From NCBI GenBank assembly GCA_041661385.1, contig JBAZUP010000001.1:640907-704906 (forward strand): a stretch of 64,000 nt of DNA. The letters are read 5' to 3'. The notes below the pieces were generated by a model. It had not been told where the DNA came from, made no database searches, and saw nothing but the letters and a program-made list of their open reading frames with translations. Positions 38,734 to 48,404 of this stretch are shown here, one piece after another. The translations under genes and the position numbers were made by a program. Every line of letters begins with the position of its first letter. The stretch's first letter is position 1. The stretch is from Patescibacteria group bacterium. GTDB lineage: Bacteria; Patescibacteriota; Patescibacteriia; Magasanikbacterales; GWA2-37-8.

Positions 38734-38908
38734 TCGCCGGGCTGGCGATACTTTCATAACTGAAAGTATCCAAAGGTTTTGGGGAGATCGTCGATATAAC
38801 CACTCATTCGCGAGAACTCGGGATATCGACTTCCCCAAACCCCCATTGGTTGGCCAGTTACCAACTGGCTTCCGAGCCTTTGTGTAACGAGAGCGAAATG
38901 GCCGGCGA
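38734..38908. ncRNA. unassigned ~175-nt structured RNA candidate
   Basis: Ends pair (TCGCCGG/CCGGCGA); several internal stems; GC-rich inside AT-rich intergenic DNA. Confidence 0.5.
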
Positions 38909-39080
38909 AATTAGATTTTTTCAATGTGATTATGCGCTTTTGAAAAAATCGTTTTGATTTCACCGTGACATTTGCCGAGTGGAACAACTGCGAGGCAATT
39001 TTGGGGGCACACCTTTTGTTGCCAAAAGGGGTGCAAAAGAGTTTTGATTGAGTGATAGCTAGGTTGAAATAAATAAAAAA

Positions 39081-39101
39081 TCGACCGCCTGTGGCGGTCG
39101 A
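39081..39101. repeat. short palindrome (REP/terminator-like)
   Basis: TCGACCGCC-TGT-GGCGGTCGA. Confidence 0.5.
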
Positions 39102-39194
39102 ACTGGGGATAACTCTGTGTATAAGATGACACTATTGTGGATGTTTGTATACGTTATCCTATACAAATATTTTTTAAAATTTATGAATTTAAAA

Positions 39195-39210
39195 TGTTTC
39201 ACATGAAACT
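39195..39210. promoter_or_regulatory. parS-like site
   Basis: TGTTTCACATGAAACT, 2 mismatches to TGTTTCACGTGAAACA. Confidence 0.6.
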
Positions 39211-39847
39211 ATCCTTTAATCATGGTAGAAATACTGCTCGCTATATCACTATTTTGTACAACTGTTATATGCGGTGTCGTAGAAATAGGTATGATTGCTA
39301 TTTTATCCAACCATAAAATGAAGTAACAGTTGATAGAGCGCCTTGGGTGAATAAAAACCCTAGTTAATTTATCGTCTGTGTTTTTAATATTATCAAAAAA
39401 GACTTTGATCATCTCTGGGTCCCCTGGCTTAGATCCATAAAAAGTTAGGTTGTCTGTATTCAATAACTTTGTTAGCAGCTCAGAGATGCTTGCCTCTGTA
39501 CTATAAAATGTAACCTGAGGCTTTAAGGAGCCTCGATTGTAGACGGCTTCAAGTTCCGGCATTACTGCTTTTGCTATTCTTGACTTTGATTCGATATAAT
39601 CATCAATTGCAAACAGCTCAGTTGCTGCAAAGGCAACCTTATTACCAAGAACTTGCTTACTAATGAGTCCTTTTTGAAGAAGCTGCCTTATTACATAGTA
39701 ACAATTTGATCTAGCAATTTTTGTTCCATGTGAAACATTTATTACCGTAGATATACCATTTCTGAGTAAATACAGATAAACCACAACCTCTGATTTGTGA
39801 AGTCCAAGTTCTCGTAAGGAAGAATTGAGGGACATATGTAATGTCAA
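39209..39847 (-). CDS. TrmB-family HTH transcriptional regulator
   Basis: LRELGL.KSE..VYLYLL..G..T..NVS..TKIARSNCY...L..KGL. Confidence 0.82.
   Translation of the reverse strand: MTLHMSLNSSLRELGLHKSEVVVYLYLLRNGISTVINVSHGTKIARSNCYYVIRQLLQKGLISKQVLGNKVAFAATELFAIDDYIESKSRIAKAVMPELEAVYNRGSLKPQVTFYSTEASISELLTKLLNTDNLTFYGSKPGDPEMIKVFFDNIKNTDDKLTRVFIHPRRSINCYFILWLDKIAIIPISTTPHITVVQNSDIASSISTMIKG
39722..39737. promoter_or_regulatory. parS-like site (inside the TrmB gene)
   Basis: TGTTCCATGTGAAACA, 1 mismatch to TGTTCCACGTGAAACA. Confidence 0.6.
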
Positions 39848-39998
39848 AAATATTTATACTTAATTATATACTATAATAAGCAAAAAATAATGTCAAATGC
39901 ATGTAAATGTCTAAAATTTCTATATAAAATATACAAAATTTGTATACAATAGTCTATACAAGTTATCCACAATGACTATAGTCACGATGTAGTAAAAC

Positions 39999-42900
39999 AT
40001 GTATAATTTAAACGTTAATGTTCTTATGGTGCTTGTCGAGAACATCGCTAAAAAATCCAAGAGACTTGGCAACTGTTTATATAGCCGAGGAGTTTTAATT
40101 TTAACATTGTCGCTATTTGCGGCAATTTTTATTTTTTCCATTAAAACTACCGCCGCAACACCGCCTCCATTCATTACTTATCAAGGACGGCTTTATGTTG
40201 GCACTGCTCCGGCGACCACTACTTTGAATATAAGTTTTACAATGTTTGATGCGCCGACTGCCGGTACGGCAATTTATACCGCATCAGGAACGGTGGGGGT
40301 TCCTGCGGCAGTAAGTACCACACCAGTAAACGGATTATTTACCGTGTATCTAGGTGACACCGGAACAAACGCTCTTGATCCAACTTTGTTTCAGAACAAC
40401 AGCAGTGTTTATTTGGAAGTAGTCGTAAATGGTGAAACATTATTGCCTCGTAAAAGAATTATTTCAACTCCGTTTGCATTTAACGCAAAATATTTAGATG
40501 GTATTGGCGCGACGAGCGCCGCTTCAACTTCTGCCTACATTCCAGTTTCAGATTCAAGCGGAAATTTTAATTTAAATAAAGTTACTTCAACTGGTTTAAA
40601 TGTAACCGGTCAGTCTTCGTTTGCCACCTCAACATTTACCTCAACGACAGTCGCAAACGGAAATATCACAAATTTAATTGCGGGTTCAATTACAACAACA
40701 AATTTTAACACAGTATCTTTTGGCAGTACCAACGCAACTTTTACAAATGTTACTTCAACTAATATTTCTGGTACAAATGCTAACTTAGTTAGTTTGACTT
40801 CGACAAACCAGTTTGCAATTGGCTTAGCCGCGACAAACTTTAATAGTGTCAACGCCACTTCGACTAATAGTTATTCTTCAAATTTTGGTGCGTTAAATTT
40901 GGTCGCTACAAATGTAACCTCAACCAATATTTTTTCTTCGGGCCTGTCATTTACAAACTTAAGCGGCACATCGGCAAATGTAACCAACGTAACAACAACA
41001 AACTTTTTTTCCTCTTCACTAGTTGTAACAAATGGAACAATTACAGATTTTAATTCGACAAACGCTTCTACTACAAATCTATATGTTTCGGGGCTTGTGA
41101 ACTTGCCCGCGAATTCAGTGACAGATGCCATGATTTTTTCGGCAACAACTTGGAACGCAAAACTCGGCCCCAGTTATCCAGCCCTCGCCACCTCATCATT
41201 CTTATATATCGGTTATCAAGCGCTTGCTTCTTCGACTTATTTAACAAACTCCTATTCTGCGCTTGCAACTTCATCGTTCCTCGGTGTTAGTTATCCAGCC
41301 CTTGCTACATCGACATTTTTAACAATTGCCAATTCTACCTCTCTTGCTTATCTTGGACAAAATTATCCGTCGCTTGCTAGCTCAACATTTTTAAATCAAA
41401 ACTATACCGCAATAGCGACTACGACTTTTGTTTCTTATGCTGGAGCAAATAGTAATGTTGATCTTGGCAGTCATGGCATTACTTTTTTAAATGCAACGGG
41501 TACCTCACTTACCTCAACAAATATTTCCGGCACTAATGGTATTTTCGCGAACCTTACTTCAACCAATTCATACATTAGCAATCTTTCAGTTGGGAATTGT
41601 GTCGGCTGTTCTGGTGGTGGGGGCGGAGGCGCGGTGAATACTTCTACTGGGAACTATTTTTCTTATTATTTAAATAGTACCTCCGTTACGGGTACGCCAT
41701 TTATGGTTTTAAGCGGGAGCACAATTGCCATATCCGGCGGTTTAGATGTTACAGGTATTTCTTCTCTTGCTACGACCACCATCACGTCATCAACTATTTC
41801 ATATTTAAACGCAACCAACGTTACTTCGACGTATGCAACTATTACAAATGCCACGTTAACAAATTTAGCTTCTCTAAATCTTTCAGCTACAAATATCGCG
41901 GCAACAAATATTCAATCTACGAATGCAACATCCACCAATCTTGGTATATTGGGGTTGTTTAGTTATGCAAATGCTAGCGGTGTGTCGCTTACCTCGACAA
42001 ATTTATACACTCCAGGACTCTCTTTTACAAACGCAACCGGTACTAATCTATATTTATCAGGACCTGGCAACTCTTTAAATATAGCGAACAATGCAAACAT
42101 TAACGGAACTCTTAGCGTCGGCACAGTTTCTTCTACTAATTATATTGGCAATGCTCAAAATTTATCATTAGCACGTATTGGACAATCAACCTACTCAACA
42201 ATTCAACATTTACAAGATATATTTCATTCTTCCGGTTGGGTAGCCGGCGGCGTAATTGCTGATATTGGAGCCGGTAATGTTAGTGTAGCGGGTGGAACCG
42301 GTTTAATAAGAGGGCAAAATCAAGCAACAACAACTCTGTATTATTTCGATTGGACAGCTTCTTCTAGTATTACAATCGCTGTAAATACAATTCGATATTT
42401 GGGTGTTGAATATAATGGCGGTTCACCGCAAGTGGCACTAAGAACAACTGGAAATTGGAATTATAAAACAGATTTTCCACTTGGTAGAGTTGTAAATGAA
42501 AATGGCACGCTATATATTTCAAATGATGTTCAGGGGGTCGGAGATCATGCCGCCAATATGATTTTAAGAGAGTATGAAACTATGCCGCTCGCGCGTGACG
42601 AAAGAAATGGCGGTCTAATGTTGGGTGAAACCGGAACAAGAAATATTACAATGACAGCGGGTGCTCTTTGGGATCGCTTAAATCGATATCCAATTTCAGC
42701 AATTAATACTGGTGTTAGTGGAAATTTTGATATTTATGTCGGAGCAACGCTAAGCTCTTCCACGCAAACACAATGGCCAAATGCTTATTTTGATAATGCA
42801 GGCGTGCGCACAGTAATGACGAATAATCGTTATGCAAACTTATGGTTTTTCGTTGAGATGGACGGACGGTTGGTAATGGTATATGGAACAAATCAATATT

Positions 42901-45900
42901 CATCAGCAGCCGCTGCGCAGGCTGAAACCATGCCAGTCACTCTTCCGGACCGATTAATTTCCGACGGAAAATTAATTGGTAGAATAGTGTTTTTAAAAAA
43001 TGCCGCTACCGCAACGACAGTTGACTCTGCATTTGATATGGCGTTATCTGTTTCGCAGGCAACGAACCACGCCAATTTGTCGAATCTAGACTATGCTTCA
43101 TCGAATCATACTGGTTTTCAGGCCGCGATTACTACCGGTAACACTGCTCAATATTTCCGCGGTGATTTATCTTTAGCAACTTTAAATCAGGCAGCTATCG
43201 CTGGACTTACAATAACCGACAGTCCGACATTTTTTGGAGTTAGTACTACAAACGCAACAACAACAAACTTTCTGACCACCAATGCAACCTCCACCAATCT
43301 TAATATATTAGGATTGTTTAGTTATGCAAATGCGAATGGTACTTCACTTACCTCGACCAATTTATACACTCCAGGACTTTCTTTTGTGAATGCAAACGGC
43401 ACCTCACTTACCTCGACCAATATATTTACGAGTTTATTTAATGCAACAAACGGAAACTTTACAAATGTTACTACCACTAATCTCTCAGTCGCAACTAGGC
43501 TTTCTTTTGTAAACGCAACTGGTACGAATATTACTTCAACTAATATTTATAATAGTAACCGTTTCGTTTCAATGGGCGATGTAATGATCGGAACTACAAC
43601 ACCGGGCCGGTCACTCGTAGTTTCTAAAGATCAGGCGAACCCTACCGGAATTAATATTTCAAATAAAACTAATGGCGCGGCGTCTAATGCCGGATTATTT
43701 CTTTCAAATGACACTGGTAATGATGACGGTCAATTATTTAAATACGCATCTGGCAATATTGGTTATAAAACTTTAGCTGGTAGCGATCTAGGTTTTTATA
43801 ATGCCGTCGGAGGTAATATTTCGATCTTGAATGATTATGCTTCGGGAAATATAAATTTTGCCGCCGGAGCTGTATCATCGCCACAGCTTATTATTTTACC
43901 AACGGGATTGGTTGGTATTGGTACTGCGGCACCTTCCTCAACACTTCATGTTGTTGGTAATGGTATATTTAGCGGAATATTAACTTCAACAAGTTTTGTT
44001 GCAACCAGGGCGACTACTACCAATCTTGCTGTTACTACCGGGCTTTCATTACCAAACACCAGTGTTACCGATGCCATGATTTCTTCGGCAGCTACCTGGA
44101 ACGCCAAACTCGACTCAAGCTATTCGGCGCTTGCAACTTCTACGTTTCTTAATCAAAGCTATACCGCACTCGCTACCTCAACTTTTCTTTCACTCACCGG
44201 TGGCACGCTGACGGGTGGTTTAAACTTTACTAATGCGACCGGTACCAATCTCAATCTCACCGGCCTATTTAATTTCGTTAATGCAACTGGCACTTCTATC
44301 ACTTCCACCAACGCCACCTTCTCAAGTTCGATTAAGCTTTCATATATAGCAAGCTGTAATGCAAGCAATCAGGCGCTCCAAACTGCTGCTGATGGTTCGG
44401 TATCTTGTGGCACGCTGACTGTTGGCGGTGGGGGTGGCGGAGGAGTAAACACTTCCACGGCCGGATATTTTACTTATTATTCAGGTGCAACTTCGGTCAC
44501 GGGTACTCCATATATGAGTAACGTTGGAAATACTATTGCTTTCACTACTAATACTTCTTTCACCACTTCATCATTTTCTGGTTCGATTGGTGTCGGCACT
44601 ACTAATCCGACATCCAAACTCCATGTATATGATGGAACTTTGTCAGTAGATAATCCGGTTCATCCGAGATTAATTACAACGTATTCCGAAGGGACAATTA
44701 GTGACGCTACTCATCTTATTGTGTCTGGAAAATATGCCTATATAACCGATTATAATAATAATTCACTAACTATAATGGATATTTCTAATCCTGCTTCAAT
44801 GCAGCTAGTTGGCAGAACAGCGAGCGCGTCAAAATTATTAAACGCGAATTATGTTTATGTGGCAGGAAAATATGCTTATGTCGTAGCCTATGGTGTAAAT
44901 GGTCTTGCTGTCGTTGATGTCTCAGATCCGGGCGCACCTACAACCTCAGGTTTTGTAAGCGACCCTACATTACTAAGTCAGCCAGATAAAGTTTATGTTT
45001 CAGGAAGATATGCTTATGTGTCTTCTAACGGCAATAATGGATTAACGATAGTTGATATTTCAAATCCAAAAAAACCGACTATTGCTGGATCGATATCAGA
45101 TGCAACAAATTTGGGGGGAATATCTGGTGTTTATGTGGTTGGTCATTATGCCTATGTGACTTTTGGTTGGGCACCTGGAGGCATGTCCATTATTGATGTT
45201 GCAAATCCGGCTAGTCCGGTAGTGGTCGGTCATACTGAACATCCATACTATTTCAAAGGGCCGTTTTCTATTTATGTTTCGGGCAAGTATGCGTATGTTA
45301 CAACTAAAGACAGTAACGGTCTTGCAGTAGTTAATATTTCTAGTTCGACCGCTCCAACTACGACCGGATTTACTTCATCGACTTATTTAAAGGCTGCGGT
45401 AGATGTCCAGGTTTCTGGAAATTATGCTTATGTTGGAAGTTATGGGGTAGTGGGTGGGGGTATTGCTGTCGTTGATGTCTCCAATCCGGCTGCACCGACC
45501 ACGACCGGAGGGTATACGAGTGCTAGTGTTGGAAATTTGAATTCAATATCTGTTTCGGGTAAGTATGCTTATGTTGTAGCTAGGTGGAGTAATTGGATTT
45601 CATCTTTTGATCTAGAGGGTGCAAATATTTCTACCGCCAATATTGGCAATGTTGCGGCAAGTGATTTGACGGTTTGGGAAAACGCAGAAATCGGAAATAA
45701 TTTGTATGTCGGAAGTGGGTTGAATGTGGGTCTGAACGGAATTAGTACGATGGGACAATTAAACGTGTTTTCTACTACCACCCTACTCGGACAAGTAAAA
45801 ATTGGCACCACGACCGCGCTTTCTACTGCGATGCTTCATGTTGATGCTGGTACCTCCACCGCCTATGGTCTTGCGATAAATGGTTTTGCTCGCGCAACGG

Positions 45901-46883
45901 GTGGATTTTTCGCAAGCACTTCCCTTGATCTTGCGGAACGCTACCCGGTTGATCCGAACTGCGAAGCAAATGGCAATTGCCCGACTGCGGGGGATGTTAT
46001 TTGTCAGGTGGAAAACACTTCTTCATTATATATAGAAAAATGTTCAGTAACATCGAGCCCAATGGCGCTCGGTATAGTTTCAACCGATCCTGGGTTCGTT
46101 CTCGAAGGAGGATTTGCCGAAAGCAACTCGCGCAAAATTGCTCTCGCTGGTCGTGTGCCGGTTAGGGTTTCTACTGCTAATGGGAATATTAAACCCGGAG
46201 ACTTGCTCGCGCCATCGGGTATTTCCGGTATCGCAATAAAAGCTACTGAACCGGGAGTTACTGTCGGTAGAGCACTTGAAAACTATAATCAAAGCACCGT
46301 AAACGGATTTATAATTGCCTATGTTCAGTTGGGTTGGAATCATGTTGAAAACAAAACTATAAATAACTCAGCTTCATCTACTAGCACAATTTCTTCTTCA
46401 CTTTTCGAAAGTATTATTGATGCCTTCAGACAATTTGGAATAATTATTGAGCAGGGAATATTGCGAGTAACTAATTTCTTTGCAAATAAAGTTACCACCG
46501 ACGAATTATGTGTTGGCAACACTTGTGTTAATGAAACGCAATTGATTGAGTTGTTAAACAAGAACAACATGACACCAACTGCACCGGCACCGGCAGTTAC
46601 CCCAGTAGTTGACACAAGTACGCCAGCAGAAACCACCAGTTCAACCGCGCCGGTTATTGATACAACAACCGTAATTAATTCATCGACCACTACCCAACCG
46701 ACAGATACAGCGACAGATACAGGAACAACGCAGCCTGTTGACCCAGTGGTAACACCGCCAGCAGAAACCGTTTCTCCACCATCAACGGAAACAACTCCAG
46801 TCGTTCCGATTGAAACAGCGCCGACTCCAGTCATCGATGTTGCTCCAGCTCCATCAAGTGAACCCGCACCGGCCGCCCTGTAA
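39999..46883 (+). CDS. giant secreted adhesin/fibre-like protein with NxT repeats, LVIVD repeats and C-terminal chaperone/peptidase-G2-like domain
   Basis: Signal peptide; ITYQGRL N-domain; VSGKYAYV...L.VVDVSNP repeats; DLAERY...IALAGRVPV...GRALE; P/T tail. Confidence 0.8.
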   Translation: MYNLNVNVLMVLVENIAKKSKRLGNCLYSRGVLILTLSLFAAIFIFSIKTTAATPPPFITYQGRLYVGTAPATTTLNISFTMFDAPTAGTAIYTASGTVGVPAAVSTTPVNGLFTVYLGDTGTNALDPTLFQNNSSVYLEVVVNGETLLPRKRIISTPFAFNAKYLDGIGATSAASTSAYIPVSDSSGNFNLNKVTSTGLNVTGQSSFATSTFTSTTVANGNITNLIAGSITTTNFNTVSFGSTNATFTNVTSTNISGTNANLVSLTSTNQFAIGLAATNFNSVNATSTNSYSSNFGALNLVATNVTSTNIFSSGLSFTNLSGTSANVTNVTTTNFFSSSLVVTNGTITDFNSTNASTTNLYVSGLVNLPANSVTDAMIFSATTWNAKLGPSYPALATSSFLYIGYQALASSTYLTNSYSALATSSFLGVSYPALATSTFLTIANSTSLAYLGQNYPSLASSTFLNQNYTAIATTTFVSYAGANSNVDLGSHGITFLNATGTSLTSTNISGTNGIFANLTSTNSYISNLSVGNCVGCSGGGGGGAVNTSTGNYFSYYLNSTSVTGTPFMVLSGSTIAISGGLDVTGISSLATTTITSSTISYLNATNVTSTYATITNATLTNLASLNLSATNIAATNIQSTNATSTNLGILGLFSYANASGVSLTSTNLYTPGLSFTNATGTNLYLSGPGNSLNIANNANINGTLSVGTVSSTNYIGNAQNLSLARIGQSTYSTIQHLQDIFHSSGWVAGGVIADIGAGNVSVAGGTGLIRGQNQATTTLYYFDWTASSSITIAVNTIRYLGVEYNGGSPQVALRTTGNWNYKTDFPLGRVVNENGTLYISNDVQGVGDHAANMILREYETMPLARDERNGGLMLGETGTRNITMTAGALWDRLNRYPISAINTGVSGNFDIYVGATLSSSTQTQWPNAYFDNAGVRTVMTNNRYANLWFFVEMDGRLVMVYGTNQYSSAAAAQAETMPVTLPDRLISDGKLIGRIVFLKNAATATTVDSAFDMALSVSQATNHANLSNLDYASSNHTGFQAAITTGNTAQYFRGDLSLATLNQAAIAGLTITDSPTFFGVSTTNATTTNFLTTNATSTNLNILGLFSYANANGTSLTSTNLYTPGLSFVNANGTSLTSTNIFTSLFNATNGNFTNVTTTNLSVATRLSFVNATGTNITSTNIYNSNRFVSMGDVMIGTTTPGRSLVVSKDQANPTGINISNKTNGAASNAGLFLSNDTGNDDGQLFKYASGNIGYKTLAGSDLGFYNAVGGNISILNDYASGNINFAAGAVSSPQLIILPTGLVGIGTAAPSSTLHVVGNGIFSGILTSTSFVATRATTTNLAVTTGLSLPNTSVTDAMISSAATWNAKLDSSYSALATSTFLNQSYTALATSTFLSLTGGTLTGGLNFTNATGTNLNLTGLFNFVNATGTSITSTNATFSSSIKLSYIASCNASNQALQTAADGSVSCGTLTVGGGGGGGVNTSTAGYFTYYSGATSVTGTPYMSNVGNTIAFTTNTSFTTSSFSGSIGVGTTNPTSKLHVYDGTLSVDNPVHPRLITTYSEGTISDATHLIVSGKYAYITDYNNNSLTIMDISNPASMQLVGRTASASKLLNANYVYVAGKYAYVVAYGVNGLAVVDVSDPGAPTTSGFVSDPTLLSQPDKVYVSGRYAYVSSNGNNGLTIVDISNPKKPTIAGSISDATNLGGISGVYVVGHYAYVTFGWAPGGMSIIDVANPASPVVVGHTEHPYYFKGPFSIYVSGKYAYVTTKDSNGLAVVNISSSTAPTTTGFTSSTYLKAAVDVQVSGNYAYVGSYGVVGGGIAVVDVSNPAAPTTTGGYTSASVGNLNSISVSGKYAYVVARWSNWISSFDLEGANISTANIGNVAASDLTVWENAEIGNNLYVGSGLNVGLNGISTMGQLNVFSTTTLLGQVKIGTTTALSTAMLHVDAGTSTAYGLAINGFARATGGFFASTSLDLAERYPVDPNCEANGNCPTAGDVICQVENTSSLYIEKCSVTSSPMALGIVSTDPGFVLEGGFAESNSRKIALAGRVPVRVSTANGNIKPGDLLAPSGISGIAIKATEPGVTVGRALENYNQSTVNGFIIAYVQLGWNHVENKTINNSASSTSTISSSLFESIIDAFRQFGIIIEQGILRVTNFFANKVTTDELCVGNTCVNETQLIELLNKNNMTPTAPAPAVTPVVDTSTPAETTSSTAPVIDTTTVINSSTTTQPTDTATDTGTTQPVDPVVTPPAETVSPPSTETTPVVPIETAPTPVIDVAPAPSSEPAPAAL

Positions 46884-46912
46884 ACTCACGAAGAAGTTGA
46901 ATAATTGATGTT

Positions 46913-47539
46913 ATGATTAAAAAAATAATAATTTTATCTTCGTTTTTAACACTGTTTATTCCACAGTTGGTTTTTGGTGTCATGACCTCAACAAATTATA
47001 GTATTATTTTCGATTCAGTTGGGCTTGCGGGCGGCGACAATCTTACTTCAACCTCATATTCACTTAGTGAAACAATCGGCGAAACACCAGTGCTTACTAG
47101 CTCAAGCACTACTTATCAGATTCAGGGTGGTTATCAGGCTTCAATTTTTGGCTCCTTAGGCATTTCACTCAATACCAATTCTTTAAATCTTGGGACGCTT
47201 TCAGACACTGCTGTAAATAGCGCTACGGCGATTGCGACAGTAACAAGTGAATCTGCCGGTTATTTACTTACTGTTAATAGTGCGACCGGCGTAATGCCGG
47301 CCGCGGTTGTTGGCGGCACAGTGACTGCCGGTACCGAAGGATACGGCTTTAGCGCAAGTGGTCCGAATAGCGCGATAGTTGGAGATGTGCCGGTCGTGGG
47401 TGGAACAATCATCGCCTCAACCACGGCTCAAGTAATTAACGATCAAAACACTTTGACATTTAAGGCAGCCGCGAGCAGCACTAGTGTTGCCGGTACTTAT
47501 AGTCAATCTGTTGATTTAGTCGTATCTCCAAATTATTAA
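46913..47539 (+). CDS. secreted WxL-like surface protein
   Basis: Signal peptide; SLNLGTLS...AGTYSQSV. Confidence 0.6.
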   Translation: MIKKIIILSSFLTLFIPQLVFGVMTSTNYSIIFDSVGLAGGDNLTSTSYSLSETIGETPVLTSSSTTYQIQGGYQASIFGSLGISLNTNSLNLGTLSDTAVNSATAIATVTSESAGYLLTVNSATGVMPAAVVGGTVTAGTEGYGFSASGPNSAIVGDVPVVGGTIIASTTAQVINDQNTLTFKAAASSTSVAGTYSQSVDLVVSPNY

Positions 47540-47540
47540 T

Positions 47541-48404
47541 ATGAAAAAATTATACACGATAATATTTTCTACGTTGCTTGCCCTACTCGTTGTGACTGGG
47601 GTGGCTGCTTTTTCAGTTAGTCCAATTGGTTTTAAAACTACCATTGAGCCGGGCGGTAAGCAAAACTTTAGTATTCAAGTAAATAATAATGAAAAAGGAA
47701 AACATAAATATAGTGTAAATATTAATTCAATTCGAAACACTGAAGAAGGAAAAAGATATTATGAATCAGGAGCTGATCCCGCAGAATTTTGGGCGAAAGC
47801 CGAACCACAAAAATTTAGCTTGTCATCGGGCGAGAGTCAAACGGTAATCATTACTTTTAATATACCAGCTGGTACCGCGCCGGGTTCGCACCATTTGGCA
47901 ATAATGGTTGCTTCGGAAAGTTTGTCGCGAGGAGAAATCGGCCTCACCGCGCGCAGTGCGATTCCAATAAGTTTGACGGTGGCGGGCAACGTGACTGAAA
48001 AACTGGTTTTAAAAAAATTCGAGCCGGTTGATAAATATACCGGTAAAATAATTTGGCCATTTAATATCGAGATATATAACGAAGGAACGATGGAGGTTCA
48101 GTCTGCTGGTTGGATGCAAATAAAAAACATGTTTGGCAAAGAAATATTAAGTCAGCCGGTTGTGCTTGGTAATGCAATTTATCCTCAAAGCTTAAGACGA
48201 CTGCAGCAAAATATTGAAATGCCGCCCGGGATGTGGCCCGGCAAATATACTGCAAAACTTGCAGTGCAGTTTGGCGCCTCTAAAACATCCATTGCGGCAG
48301 AAACTGTAATATGGTTTTTTCCGGTTTGGCTATGCGGAGTAGGATTTGTCTTGGTAACTATTTTAATTATTTGGTTGTGGAAAAGAAGAAGCATTTCTTC
48401 CTGA
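47541..48404 (+). CDS. DUF916/WxL-interacting-like membrane-anchored protein
   Basis: FSVSP....IEPG, IP..TAPGSH, NEGT..V...G, GKYTA; C-terminal TM + KRR. Confidence 0.65.
   Translation: MKKLYTIIFSTLLALLVVTGVAAFSVSPIGFKTTIEPGGKQNFSIQVNNNEKGKHKYSVNINSIRNTEEGKRYYESGADPAEFWAKAEPQKFSLSSGESQTVIITFNIPAGTAPGSHHLAIMVASESLSRGEIGLTARSAIPISLTVAGNVTEKLVLKKFEPVDKYTGKIIWPFNIEIYNEGTMEVQSAGWMQIKNMFGKEILSQPVVLGNAIYPQSLRRLQQNIEMPPGMWPGKYTAKLAVQFGASKTSIAAETVIWFFPVWLCGVGFVLVTILIIWLWKRRSISS

Noticed and set aside
38359-39132. Several 70-80-aa ORFs
   Set aside because: They overlap tRNA genes, palindromes and the structured RNA candidate, and show no coding signal.
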